DNA of 61,135 nt, counting the filler. It is 7 parts of 7 records of this genome, joined end to end, with 100 filler letters (N's around TTAATTAATTAA, not from the genome) between each part and the next. Parts side by side here need not be neighbours in the genome. Positions count along the whole stretch, not along the records: positions 1 to 5,570 come from SRR31156797_1343; positions 5,671 to 18,201 come from SRR31156797_1346; 5 more parts are not named here. One strand, written 5' to 3'. Under the pieces are notes generated by a model. That model saw nothing but the letters and a program-made list of their open reading frames with translations. It made no database searches and was not told the origin of the DNA. Shown piece after piece: positions 1 through 9,621 of this stretch (position 1 is the stretch's first letter; each line of letters opens with the position of its first letter). The translations under genes were made by a program, and so were the position numbers.

Positions 1-1
1 A

Positions 2-619
2 CTATGTGATCTGCGCATAATCGGTGATAATGATGTGCTCACAGGCCTGATACTCAACGAGGTTCCGTTAAGTATGGCTGACAGGGTGAACGATATTGTT
101 GTTCCTTTCCTTGAGAAGAAAGGAATAAAAGTATTCGGCGTGATCCATGAGGATGACACCCTGCGTTCGGTCTTTATCTCAGAGATCGTTGATGATCTTC
201 ATGCAGAGGTCCTTGTGGCACCTGATAAACTGGACCAGCTTGTAGAGCACTATCTCGTGGGCGCGATGGAAGTAGGTTCTGCGATAAAGTACTTCAGACG
301 CCAGCCTAACAGTGCGGTTATTACAGGTGGTGACAGGGCAGATCTTCAGATGGCTGCAATTGAATCACGTGTGAAATGCCTTATACTCACAGGTAACATG
401 CGTCCAAGTGGAGCTGTCCTTGCAAGTGCAGAAGAAGCAGGAATTCCTGTGATACTTGTTCGAGGGGATACCATGAACACTATTGAAAGGATGGAGAATC
501 TCATTGGTCATGGCCACATAAAACAACAGGTCAAACTTGACAGGGTAGTGGAGCTTCTACGGAACCATCTTGATATTCCTGCGATCGCAGAGAGTATCGG
601 TGTTGAAGTGAAAGTCTGA
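2..619 (+). CDS. Phosphotransacetylase-family (DRTGG-domain) protein, 5'-truncated
   Basis: AVITGGDRADLQ and LILTGN motifs of the DRTGG domain; frame open to the contig edge; no Pta catalytic domain before the stop. Confidence 0.8.
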   Translation, partial: LCDLRIIGDNDVLTGLILNEVPLSMADRVNDIVVPFLEKKGIKVFGVIHEDDTLRSVFISEIVDDLHAEVLVAPDKLDQLVEHYLVGAMEVGSAIKYFRRQPNSAVITGGDRADLQMAAIESRVKCLILTGNMRPSGAVLASAEEAGIPVILVRGDTMNTIERMENLIGHGHIKQQVKLDRVVELLRNHLDIPAIAESIGVEVKV

Positions 620-692
620 TCTCGATTTAAAATAAATAATAGAAGGAGTAATTCTTTCTCTCCTTCGTTCTTCTCCCTTTTTGCTTTTTAAC

Positions 693-2642
693 TTATAGTT
701 GTGAATCCAGTTCACTGGTTTTCTCTTTCAACATCTCCACAACAGCAGGGTCCTGCAATGTGCTAACATCTCCGGGATCCTTATTGTTGGTGATGGCTTT
801 GAGTACTCTTCTCATGATCTTGCCACTTCTGGTCTTTGGAAGGTCATCAGAGAATATTATCTGTTTCGGGCGTGCAAAAGGACCGATGTTCTTTACAGCA
901 TATTGGTTGAGTTCCTTTTTGAGTTCCTCGGTCTCCTTTTCACCGGTCTTGAGCGTTACATAGCAGTAGATTACCTCGCCTTTAAGCTCATCTTCTTTTC
1001 CTACTACGCCTGCCTCGGCAACTGATGGATGTGAGACAAGTATGCTCTCAAATTCCGCGCTTCCTATGCGGTGCCCGGCTACTTTGATAACATCATCAAC
1101 ACGACCGATGATCCAGAAATAACCATCATCATCCCTTCTGGCTCCGTCTCCTGCAAAGTATGTCCTGCTGTCCCACTTGCTCCAGTATGTCTCTATGAAG
1201 CGTTCCTCGTTCCCGAATACAGTACGGACCATGCTTGGCCAGGGTTCGAGTATTGCAAGGTATCCATCCTCTCCGGGAGCTGTCTCATTCCCATTCTCAT
1301 CCAGAACGGCTGCCGTTATTCCGGGCAGTGCCTTTGTCGCACTTCCCGGCTTTGTTGTTGTGACTCCAGGGAGTGGTGATATCATTATCATGCCTGTCTC
1401 GGTCTGCCACCATGTGTCGACGATCGGGCATTTGCCAAGTCCGATGTTCTCATGGTACCATTTCCATGCTTCCGGATTGATCGGTTCCCCTACCGAACCG
1501 AGGAGTCTGAGGGATGAGATATCACGCATCTGGGGCCATGATGTCCCCCATTTCATGAATGTCCTGATAGCTGTGGGTGCTGTGTACAGTATTGTCACTT
1601 TATGCCTTTCCACGATGTCCCAGAACCTGTCCTTCTCAGGATAGTCCGGAGCACCTTCATACATCACGAGCGTTGTCCCATTGGAAAGTGGTCCGTAGAC
1701 AAGGTAGGAGTGTCCTGTTATCCATCCACAGTCTGCCGTGCACCAGTAGATATCATCTTCCTTGAGGTCGAAAACGAACCTTGTTGACGTGTTCGTTGCT
1801 ACCATGTAACCTCCGGTGGTGTGGACTATGCCCTTTGGTGTACCTGTGGTACCGCTGGTGTACATCAGGAATAGCATATCCTCTGAGTCCATGACCTCAG
1901 GTTCACAAGAGATGTTGGAATCTGCCATAACATCATGCCACCAGACATCCCTTCCTTCCTTCATGTCGATATCGCTGCCACTCTGTTTTACAACTATGAC
2001 CTTTTCCACTATATCGCTGGATCCAATACCACCATCAACCTTGTTCTTTTGCTCCACGATCTTTCCCCTGCGGGAATAACCGTCACAGGTTATCAGCAAT
2101 CTGCTATTGGCATTGCCGATACGGGTGGCAAGTGAATCCCCGGAGTACGCTGCAAAGACAACGCTGTGTGGTGCTCCGATACGGGCACATGCCAGCATTG
2201 ATATGATAACTTCCGGTATCATGGGAAGGTATATGGTAACGATCTCTCCTTTTTTAATCCCGGAATCTTTTAGAACATTCGCAAGTTTGCAGACTTCGTC
2301 CAGTAGTTCCTGATAGGTATATTTGCAGATATCTCCATCCTCCCCTTCCCATATGAGTGCTGTTTTATCTGCACGTTTCTCAAGGTTTGCATCAAGACAG
2401 TTGTAGCATGCATTAAGCTTACCACCGAGGAACCATTTCGAGTGAGGAGGTTCCCATTCCAGTACTTTGTCCCATTTTTTGTACCAGTGAATGTTGTTCG
2501 CGTTCTCTTCCCAGAATCTTTCAGGGTTTTTTTCAGTTTTCCTGTAGATCTCAGGGTCATTGACGACAGCATTTTCTGAGAACTTTTCTGATGGTTTGAA
2601 ACCATCTACCTCTTTTTTAGATATGTCTGCTCTTTCTCCCAT
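693..2642 (-). CDS. acs: AMP-forming acetyl-CoA synthetase
   Basis: YTSGTTGTPKG, DTWWQTETG and LPKTRSGKIMRR motifs; likely start MGERAD at 2642 rather than 2717. Confidence 0.95.
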   Translation of the reverse strand: MGERADISKKEVDGFKPSEKFSENAVVNDPEIYRKTEKNPERFWEENANNIHWYKKWDKVLEWEPPHSKWFLGGKLNACYNCLDANLEKRADKTALIWEGEDGDICKYTYQELLDEVCKLANVLKDSGIKKGEIVTIYLPMIPEVIISMLACARIGAPHSVVFAAYSGDSLATRIGNANSRLLITCDGYSRRGKIVEQKNKVDGGIGSSDIVEKVIVVKQSGSDIDMKEGRDVWWHDVMADSNISCEPEVMDSEDMLFLMYTSGTTGTPKGIVHTTGGYMVATNTSTRFVFDLKEDDIYWCTADCGWITGHSYLVYGPLSNGTTLVMYEGAPDYPEKDRFWDIVERHKVTILYTAPTAIRTFMKWGTSWPQMRDISSLRLLGSVGEPINPEAWKWYHENIGLGKCPIVDTWWQTETGMIMISPLPGVTTTKPGSATKALPGITAAVLDENGNETAPGEDGYLAILEPWPSMVRTVFGNEERFIETYWSKWDSRTYFAGDGARRDDDGYFWIIGRVDDVIKVAGHRIGSAEFESILVSHPSVAEAGVVGKEDELKGEVIYCYVTLKTGEKETEELKKELNQYAVKNIGPFARPKQIIFSDDLPKTRSGKIMRRVLKAITNNKDPGDVSTLQDPAVVEMLKEKTSELDSQL

Positions 2643-2865
2643 TGTAGCACCCTTGTGAACGAAAAAATCACTGTAATAGAGTAGTATCAATTTGTTTATA
2701 TGGTTTGTCGTGTGCATCAGGATGTAACAGGCAGTGAATAAGCAGATGATGGCAACATAATATTAGAATAACGAAGATAAAATACGGGAAACATAGAAAA
2801 CATAGAAAAAAGTGGAAAGAAAAAGAAGGGGTACTATGACCCGCTTCAGAAAAAGATGAAGATGC

Positions 2866-3429
2866 TTATTTCTTCATCATCTCAAGAACATCACAGACCT
2901 TGTTGATGGTGTCAACTGCGGTCTTCATGCCTTCCTCATCCTCTGCAGCAGGTTTCTTGAGTATGCCGCCAAAGTGACCTCCATCTCCAACAATTATCAT
3001 GCCGTGGATGTGCATCCATTCGTGGATGGTCTGGATGGTCTTCTCCTGTCCGCCGTTCCTTGAGCCACCGATGGCCATTGCAGCACCGAGTTTGTTGCTG
3101 AGCTTGAATCCCTGTCTTCTGTGAACGACACTCCTGTCGCAGAGGGCTTTAAGCTGTGCTGTCATGGTTCCGAAGTAGACAGGTGAGGACACTACGATCG
3201 CGTCAGCATCTACGAGTTTATCGTATACTGGCTGCATATCGTCGTCGATAACACATGGTTCACCTTTTGCACAAACGCCACATGCAGTACATGGTCCTAT
3301 CTTTGATTCTGACAGGAAGACAGCATCTGTCTCAAAACCTCTTTTCTCTGCTATATCCAGTACATTTCTTATTAACGTATCATTATTCTGGCCAGCTTTC
3401 GGGCTTCCGGATATTCCTAGTATCTTCAT
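2866..3429 (-). CDS. Iron-sulfur flavoprotein (Isf, flavodoxin-like)
   Basis: MKILGISGSP start, Cx2Cx2Cx5C motif (CTACGVCAKGEPC), SPVYFG, GGSRNGGQE. Confidence 0.88.
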   Translation of the reverse strand: MKILGISGSPKAGQNNDTLIRNVLDIAEKRGFETDAVFLSESKIGPCTACGVCAKGEPCVIDDDMQPVYDKLVDADAIVVSSPVYFGTMTAQLKALCDRSVVHRRQGFKLSNKLGAAMAIGGSRNGGQEKTIQTIHEWMHIHGMIIVGDGGHFGGILKKPAAEDEEGMKTAVDTINKVCDVLEMMKK

Positions 3430-3544
3430 ATGATCACCATTGGGAATTGGAAGCATGAGTTATTAGTTTTTGGCTTAATTCGTTTTATAGAAAAGGTATA
3501 ATAAGATTAGTTCATAAAGACAAAAAATTAAACTACATATTTCA

Positions 3545-3552
3545 TTTATATA
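3545..3552 (+). promoter_or_regulatory. Possible archaeal TATA box upstream of pgk
   Basis: TTTATATA about 60 nt before the pgk start in an AT-rich divergent spacer. Confidence 0.35.
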
Positions 3553-3611
3553 CATATAGAATTCATATATTAATCAATTGTCATTCAGGTTAAAGAAGCG
3601 GTGATGGAATT

Positions 3612-4844
3612 TTGAGTACCAGGGACTATCTTACTATTGATGATTTTGATATTGACGGAAAAACAGTACTTGTGCGAGTGGACTTAAACACTCCCATGGA
3701 TCCAGAAGGTGGTATTCTCGACGATATGAGAATAAAGAGTCATATACCCACTATCAAGGATCTAGACGATGCTAAAGTCGTACTGATGGCTCACCAGAGC
3801 AGGGCAGGAAAAAAAGACTTTACCACCATGAAGCCACATTCCATTAGAATGTCTCAATATCTTGGAAAGGATGTGAAGTACATTGATGATATATTCGGCA
3901 CACATGCCAGGAATTCTATTGCTTCAATGGAAAAAGGGGACGTTATACTACTTGAAAATGTCAGATTTTACTCTGAGGAAAACATAAAAAGACCTTCTCC
4001 GGAACATGCAGAGACCCACATGGTCCGCAAGCTCTCTCCTCTGGCAGATATCTTCCTGAATGATGCTTTTGCAGTTTCTCATCGCAGTCATCTTTCCATC
4101 ATGGGTTTCACCGAAACCCTCCCGACAGGAGCAGGAAGGGTGATGCAGAAAGAGATTACGTCTCTTGACAGAGGTATCAAGGGTGGTGAAAGACCATGCA
4201 TCTTCGTTCTTGGTGGTGCAAAGGTCGATGACTCCCTCAAGGTTGCAGAGAACGTGCTGATAAATGGCGGTGCTGACAAGGTACTTGTGACGGGTGTCGT
4301 TGCAAATGTCATGCTTGCAGCATCAGGAGTCGACATTGGCAAGACGAATCTTGATTTCATTGAGTCACAGGGTTACACGGACCAGATTGAAAGAGGAAAG
4401 CAGGTTCTCGATAAATTCAATGGTAAAATAGGTCTTCCGATGGATGTTGCATTTAATGATGCTGGAAAACGAATAGAGATACAGGTCAATGAACTCCCGG
4501 ATGGAAATCTCCCTATACATGATATTGGTGTTGAGACCATAGTTGCTTTTTCAGAAGAAATTAAAAATGCAAAGACTGTTGTCCTTAACGGTCCTGCAGG
4601 ACTTTCTGAGATCGATGAATTTTCACTTGGTACACATGAGATCATTAAGGCAGCAGTTGACTCAGAGTACTCCATTGCTGGTGGTGGACATATATCTGCT
4701 GAGGTAAGGAACCTTGGATACGATGAAAAATTCTCTCATTTAAGTACTGGTGGTGGTGCTTGTATTGATTATCTTGCAGGAGTAGCGCTTCCTGGAATAG
4801 AGGCACTGAAAACATCAGCTGCGCGTTACAGACTTAACAGATAA
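3612..4844 (+). CDS. pgk: Phosphoglycerate kinase (archaeal type)
   Basis: VLVRVDLN, LLENVRF, LGGAKVDD and HLSTGGGA motifs. Confidence 0.96.
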   Translation: MSTRDYLTIDDFDIDGKTVLVRVDLNTPMDPEGGILDDMRIKSHIPTIKDLDDAKVVLMAHQSRAGKKDFTTMKPHSIRMSQYLGKDVKYIDDIFGTHARNSIASMEKGDVILLENVRFYSEENIKRPSPEHAETHMVRKLSPLADIFLNDAFAVSHRSHLSIMGFTETLPTGAGRVMQKEITSLDRGIKGGERPCIFVLGGAKVDDSLKVAENVLINGGADKVLVTGVVANVMLAASGVDIGKTNLDFIESQGYTDQIERGKQVLDKFNGKIGLPMDVAFNDAGKRIEIQVNELPDGNLPIHDIGVETIVAFSEEIKNAKTVVLNGPAGLSEIDEFSLGTHEIIKAAVDSEYSIAGGGHISAEVRNLGYDEKFSHLSTGGGACIDYLAGVALPGIEALKTSAARYRLNR

Positions 4845-4883
4845 GTGATTAACCTCCTGTAAGGAATAACAGGAGTAATATTC

Positions 4884-5519
4884 ATGAGCCAAGGGGTAAA
4901 ATTACTTTCACATACCGAAGGTCAGGCAGCTGTCCAGCTTGCAAGGGATGCCATTGAAACCTATTTAAGAACCGGGGAAATGATGGATGGTTCAGAGATC
5001 CAGCTTACTCCCATCTTCAATGAAATCAGGGGAGTTTTTGTGACCCTTACAAAAAATGGAGAACTTCGGGGCTGTATCGGTCATCCTTATGCTGATTCTC
5101 ATTTGAGGAATGCTATTGCTGATTCAGCTCTGTCCGCAGCATTGAGGGACCCAAGGTTCCCACCTGTTAATGTCAAAGAGATGGAGGATATCACCGTAGA
5201 GGTCACTATACTGACAAAACCGGAACTTATGGACGTTCCTCCAAAGGATCTTCCTTTATCCATAAAGATAGGAAGGCATGGTCTTATCGTTAAAAGTGGC
5301 TACAGGCAGGGATTGCTTTTGCCACAGGTGGCACCTGAGAATGACTTTGATGAGATCGAGTTCCTCAACCATACATGTATGAAGGCAGGATTGCCATGTG
5401 ATGCCTGGGCTGAAGGTGCAGAGGTCTATGCCTTTGAAGGACAGATTTTCTCTGAAAAAGAACCAAGTGGCGAAATCATTGAAAAAGACTTCAATGATAA
5501 GGAATGTTCAAGTGAGTAA
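4884..5519 (+). CDS. AMMECR1-domain protein
   Basis: GVFVTL, LRGCIG, DPRF and GLLLPQVA motifs. Confidence 0.92.
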   Translation: MSQGVKLLSHTEGQAAVQLARDAIETYLRTGEMMDGSEIQLTPIFNEIRGVFVTLTKNGELRGCIGHPYADSHLRNAIADSALSAALRDPRFPPVNVKEMEDITVEVTILTKPELMDVPPKDLPLSIKIGRHGLIVKSGYRQGLLLPQVAPENDFDEIEFLNHTCMKAGLPCDAWAEGAEVYAFEGQIFSEKEPSGEIIEKDFNDKECSSE

Positions 5520-5570
5520 AATACTCACATATTTTTGCTTTTTTAGTCAGAATACAATTTAATAGAATCA

Positions 5571-5670
5571 NNNNNNNNNNNNNNNNNNNNNNNNNNNNNN
5601 NNNNNNNNNNNNNNTTAATTAATTAANNNNNNNNNNNNNNNNNNNNNNNNNNNNNNNNNNNNNNNNNNNN
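5571..5670. other. Artificial contig spacer
   Basis: N44-TTAATTAATTAA-N44 (stops in all six frames); composition changes across it. Confidence 0.98.
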
Positions 5671-6337
5671 GATGAAACTGCATCATCTCCATATCTTTTA
5701 GTTTAAGTCCTTTTTCAACACATAAACCTTGAATCTCCCCTGCAATAGCAGTAGAGTTTGTATGGTATTTATATATTGAACCAACGCCACCACTTGCGAT
5801 GATAGTATTGTGAGCATAAACTATTTCTTGGTCTGTTTCATTGGTGAAAAATTGAACCCCATAACAAATATCATCTTCAATAAGTAAATCATTTACTACG
5901 ACATTTGTTCTTATTTCATGATCACAAGTTGAAAGTAAAAACAGGTGAACCATTCTACCTGTAGCATCACCATCAGCGTGTAAGATTCTGTTTCTACTGT
6001 GTGCTGCTTCTTTTGTAAAAGCTAGTTCACCATTGTCATCTAAATCAAACTGTAATCCTGCATTGATTAAGTCATCAATACAAGCCCTTGAGTTTTCACT
6101 TAAAACCCTAACGGCTTCTTTACTGTTTTGATTAACTCCTGCGGTAAGAGTATCTTTTATATGTGGTTCTATATCATCTTTATCGACAGCAGTAGCAACA
6201 CCACCTTGGGCCCAAAATGTATTGCAGTTCCAAGGGGATTTTTTACAAAGTACTAAAACTTTTTTGTCTTTGGGAATCAGTCTTGCAGCATTTAATCCTG
6301 CAACTCCTGTTCCTATAATAATATAGTCATAAACCAT
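5671..6337 (-). CDS. nadB: L-aspartate oxidase, 3'-truncated
   Basis: YIIIGTGVAGL, WAQGGVA, EAAHSRNRILHA and EMMQFH motifs. Confidence 0.92.
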
Positions 6338-6465
6338 TATTTTGATACTTCTTGTTTATTGTCTTCAACATAAGTTGGAGGTGCTTTATAACCACACCCA
6401 CTAAAAGATAATAAAACTCCTGCTATAATTAGCGTATGAAAAAAATTAACGAAATACTTAGTCAT
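6337..6465 (-). CDS. Small lipoprotein, 42 aa, LptM/YifL-like; not in the ORF track
   Basis: Manual translation MTKYFVNFFHTLIIAGVLLSFSGCGYKAPPTYVEDNKQEVSK; lipobox FSGC; stop overlaps the nadB ATG (TAATG). Confidence 0.75.
   Translation of the reverse strand: MTKYFVNFFHTLIIAGVLLSFSGCGYKAPPTYVEDNKQEVSK
6421..6429 (+). promoter_or_regulatory. Extended -10 promoter, probably giving a leaderless mRNA
   Basis: TGCTATAAT ending 6 nt before the ATG at 6436; no SD. Confidence 0.6.
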
Positions 6466-6852
6466 CTTAAGAAAAGTCCTGAATTCAGAAAGATTAATAC
6501 ACAAAAAACTATTCAAGATTTTATCGACTTATTACCACCAAGTTTAAAAAAAGGTGTTAAATTTGCTTATGTAAAAGCTGATATCTTGTATTTTGTATTA
6601 ACCCATCCTGTTTATAAAATGGAGTTTGAGTATAACAAAGATTTAATAAATACACTATTAAAAAAATATCCCCTAATTGAAGTGAGTCAATTAAAGTTTT
6701 TCGTTACAAATAAAAGAGAGAAAAAAGAAGTAAAAAAGGAAGAAAAGTCTTTTTTTACAGAGCGTTCACATGGGATTTTTACAAACTATATTACTGATGA
6801 AAAACTTCATGAAAAAGTAGAAGAGATAAGAGCTATTATAAAAAACTCTTAA
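6436..6852 (+). CDS. DUF721/DciA-like protein
   Basis: Size and core YVKADILYFVLTHPVYKMEF resemble Campylobacterota DUF721 proteins. Confidence 0.55.
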   Translation: MKKINEILSHLKKSPEFRKINTQKTIQDFIDLLPPSLKKGVKFAYVKADILYFVLTHPVYKMEFEYNKDLINTLLKKYPLIEVSQLKFFVTNKREKKEVKKEEKSFFTERSHGIFTNYITDEKLHEKVEEIRAIIKNS

Positions 6853-7477
6853 GAAGCTTTTCTCTTTGCTTATAATCCTCGCAGTATCTTTTAACTAAAG
6901 CCCAAAAAGCTTTTGAATGATTTTTATGTTCTATATGAGCTAATTCATGTATTACTACATACTCAATTACTTCAAGGGGAAACTGAGTAAGTAAGATATT
7001 AAAATTTAATCCATTTTTGTAATTACAAGAGCCCCAAGTTCTTTTGTTTTTTCTATACTTTATTGAAGTTGGGTAAAGATTCATTTTATTTGCAAACTCA
7101 TCAACAAGTTTCGGAATTAACTCTTTTGCTTTTTCTTTATATAACTTATCTAACTCTTCTTCTTTTACATTCTCTAAAGAGTATCTTTCTCCAAGCAATA
7201 AATAACTGTTTTTATTTTTTTCTTTTCGTAAAAAAACATCTCTTCTATTTACTATCCACTCTTTTTGTCTATTTATTAAATCAACTGCATCTAATTTTGA
7301 AAAATATTTATTAGATGATATCTCTAATAGATTTTTATCTTTAAGTCTGAGATATACGTGTTTATTGGATATTTTCTTCTTGACTATAACATTATAAATT
7401 TCATAATTAATTTTAACTTTAAACTCTTCTATCACCTTAAACTGACCACTTTCTAAGTAAACTGTAGTTATAATCAT
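6836..7477 (-). CDS. M48/YgjP (DUF45) metal-dependent hydrolase
   Basis: RTWGSC and YVVIHELAH...HKNHSKAFW motifs. Confidence 0.88.
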   Translation of the reverse strand: MIITTVYLESGQFKVIEEFKVKINYEIYNVIVKKKISNKHVYLRLKDKNLLEISSNKYFSKLDAVDLINRQKEWIVNRRDVFLRKEKNKNSYLLLGERYSLENVKEEELDKLYKEKAKELIPKLVDEFANKMNLYPTSIKYRKNKRTWGSCNYKNGLNFNILLTQFPLEVIEYVVIHELAHIEHKNHSKAFWALVKRYCEDYKQREKLLKSFL

Positions 7478-7507
7478 ACTTTAAATTTACTAAAGGACAA
7501 ACATAAA

Positions 7508-8683
7508 ATGAAAATTGCAAGTAGAATGGAAAACCTATCGCCATCAGTTACAATGGCAATTACAGCTTTAGCAAGAGAGCTTAAAGCACAAGGTAAAGAC
7601 ATTTTAAGTTTTAGTGCGGGTGAGCCAGATTTCGACACACCTGAAGTTATCAAAGAAGCTGCTATCAAAGCAATCAAAGACGGTCACACAAAATATACTG
7701 CTGTAGAAGGTACCATTGAAACGAAAAAAGCAATTATCAAAAAGTTAAAAAAGGACCACGGATTAGATTACGAGCTAGATGAAATCATCGTATCTAATGG
7801 AGCGAAACACTCTTTATTTAACCTATTTCAATGTCTTATCGAAGAAGGTGATGAAGTAATTATTCCAGCTCCATACTGGGTTACTTATCCTGAGCAAGTA
7901 AAATTCTCTGATGGTGTTCCTGTATTTATTGAAACAGACGACTCAACAGAGTTCAAAATCACTGCTGAGCAATTAAAAGCAGCGATTACAGATAAAACAA
8001 AAATCTTACTTTTAAATACTCCATCTAATCCAACTGGTGCAGTATATTCAAAAGAAGAGTTATTATCTTTAGCAGAAGTACTTAAAGGTACTGATATTTT
8101 AGTATTTACTGATGAAATGTATGAAAAAATCATGTATGATGGAAAAGAGTTCACAGCAGTAGCTTCTGTAAGTGATGATATGTTCCAAAGAACAGTAACT
8201 ATTAATGGTATTAGTAAAGCTGTTGCTATGACAGGTTGGAGATACGGATATATCGCAACTCCACATAAAGCATTAGTAAAAGCTATGACTAAACTTCAAG
8301 GTCAAGTAACTTCAAATGTTAACTCAGTAACTTTACAAGCAGCAGTAGCAGCTTTAGATGGAAGTGCAGATGCTGATATCGAAGTTATGAGAAAAGAGTT
8401 TGAAAAAAGAAGAAATGTTGCAGTTGAATCTTTCAATGCAATCAATGGAATCTCTTGTGTTGTACCACAAGGAGCTTTCTATCTTTTTGTAAATATTAAA
8501 GAAATCGGTGGAGACTCAATGAAATTCTCTGCTGATTTATTAGAAAAAGAAGGTGTAGCAGTTGTTCCAGGTCTTGCATTTGGAACAGAAGGTTACTTTA
8601 GATTCTCTTTTGCAACTGATTTAGCTACTATCGAAGAAGGTATTAGAAGAATTAAAAAGTTTGTAGAGGAAAATTACTCTTAA
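7508..8683 (+). CDS. aspB: Class I PLP aminotransferase (aspartate aminotransferase)
   Basis: GEPDFDTP, PSNPTG, DEMY and SKAVAMTGWRYG motifs. Confidence 0.9.
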   Translation: MKIASRMENLSPSVTMAITALARELKAQGKDILSFSAGEPDFDTPEVIKEAAIKAIKDGHTKYTAVEGTIETKKAIIKKLKKDHGLDYELDEIIVSNGAKHSLFNLFQCLIEEGDEVIIPAPYWVTYPEQVKFSDGVPVFIETDDSTEFKITAEQLKAAITDKTKILLLNTPSNPTGAVYSKEELLSLAEVLKGTDILVFTDEMYEKIMYDGKEFTAVASVSDDMFQRTVTINGISKAVAMTGWRYGYIATPHKALVKAMTKLQGQVTSNVNSVTLQAAVAALDGSADADIEVMRKEFEKRRNVAVESFNAINGISCVVPQGAFYLFVNIKEIGGDSMKFSADLLEKEGVAVVPGLAFGTEGYFRFSFATDLATIEEGIRRIKKFVEENYS

Positions 8684-8684
8684 T

Positions 8685-9569
8685 ATGACCCCACAAAAAA
8701 AAGCAACGGTTGTATCAAGTAGCGTTGCAGCAATTCTTACACTAATCAAATTAGTAGTAGGAATTGCAAGTGGTTCAGTTGCTGTTCTTGCTTCTGCCAT
8801 TGACTCTGTACTTGATATGTTTGTATCTATCTTCAACTATTTTGCGATTAGTAACTCTGAAAAACCTGCCGATAAACACTTTAACTATGGAAGAGGAAAA
8901 ATTGAAGCCTTAGCTTCTGTTATTGAAGGTACGATTATTTGTATCTCTGGTCTATTTTTACTTTACCAAGCAATTAAAAAAGCAATCAATGGTGAAACAT
9001 CACAGTACTTAGAGATGTCATTAATTGTAATGACTATTTCAATTGTTATTACAGTAAGTTTAGTTATCTACTTAAATCGAGTAGCAAAACAAACTGGAAG
9101 TATGGTTATCAAAGCTGATGCCCTACACTATAAAACAGATGTTTATACAAATGCAGCTGTTTTTGTATCTCTTATTTTAGTAAACTTCACTGGAATTGAA
9201 CTAATTGATGTGATTGTTGGTGGAGGTATTTCCCTTTTTATTATCTATTCTGCTTATGAGCTAATTCAAGATGGTGTTTTAGTTTTACTTGATAGAGCAG
9301 TTGATGAAGAAATAGTAAAAGAGATAGTTCAAATTATTAAAAATGAAGAGAAAGTAAATACACACCACTTACTTAAAACAAGAGAAGCAGGAAGCCAAAC
9401 TTTCGTAGAAGTTCATTTAGTATTTGATTGTGTAATTACTCTTATGGATGCCCATAGAGTATCTGATAAAATAGAAGATAAAATCAAAAAACTAGACCCT
9501 AAGAAAGACTGGATTATAAATATTCATATGGATCCTTATGATGACTTTGAAATCAATGAAGAAAAATAG
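8685..9569 (+). CDS. Cation diffusion facilitator (FieF-like)
   Basis: ASAIDSVLD, HFNYGRGKIE and ADALHYKTD motifs; several TM segments. Confidence 0.92.
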   Translation: MTPQKKATVVSSSVAAILTLIKLVVGIASGSVAVLASAIDSVLDMFVSIFNYFAISNSEKPADKHFNYGRGKIEALASVIEGTIICISGLFLLYQAIKKAINGETSQYLEMSLIVMTISIVITVSLVIYLNRVAKQTGSMVIKADALHYKTDVYTNAAVFVSLILVNFTGIELIDVIVGGGISLFIIYSAYELIQDGVLVLLDRAVDEEIVKEIVQIIKNEEKVNTHHLLKTREAGSQTFVEVHLVFDCVITLMDAHRVSDKIEDKIKKLDPKKDWIINIHMDPYDDFEINEEK

Positions 9570-9621
9570 TATACTTATAAAATAAAAAAGTAAATGATTT
9601 CTTCATTCATAAGGATTTTAA

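Noticed and set aside
760-2605. Nested ORFs within acs
   Set aside because: Shadow frames of a well-conserved gene.
1-5570. Pyrrolysine (TAG) readthrough in the Methanosarcinales-like contig
   Set aside because: All five genes end in TAA or TGA at the expected family lengths.
5615-5626. TTAATTAATTAA palindrome recurring six times, and ORFs ending in XXX-LIN
   Set aside because: Synthetic all-frame-stop linker, not biology.
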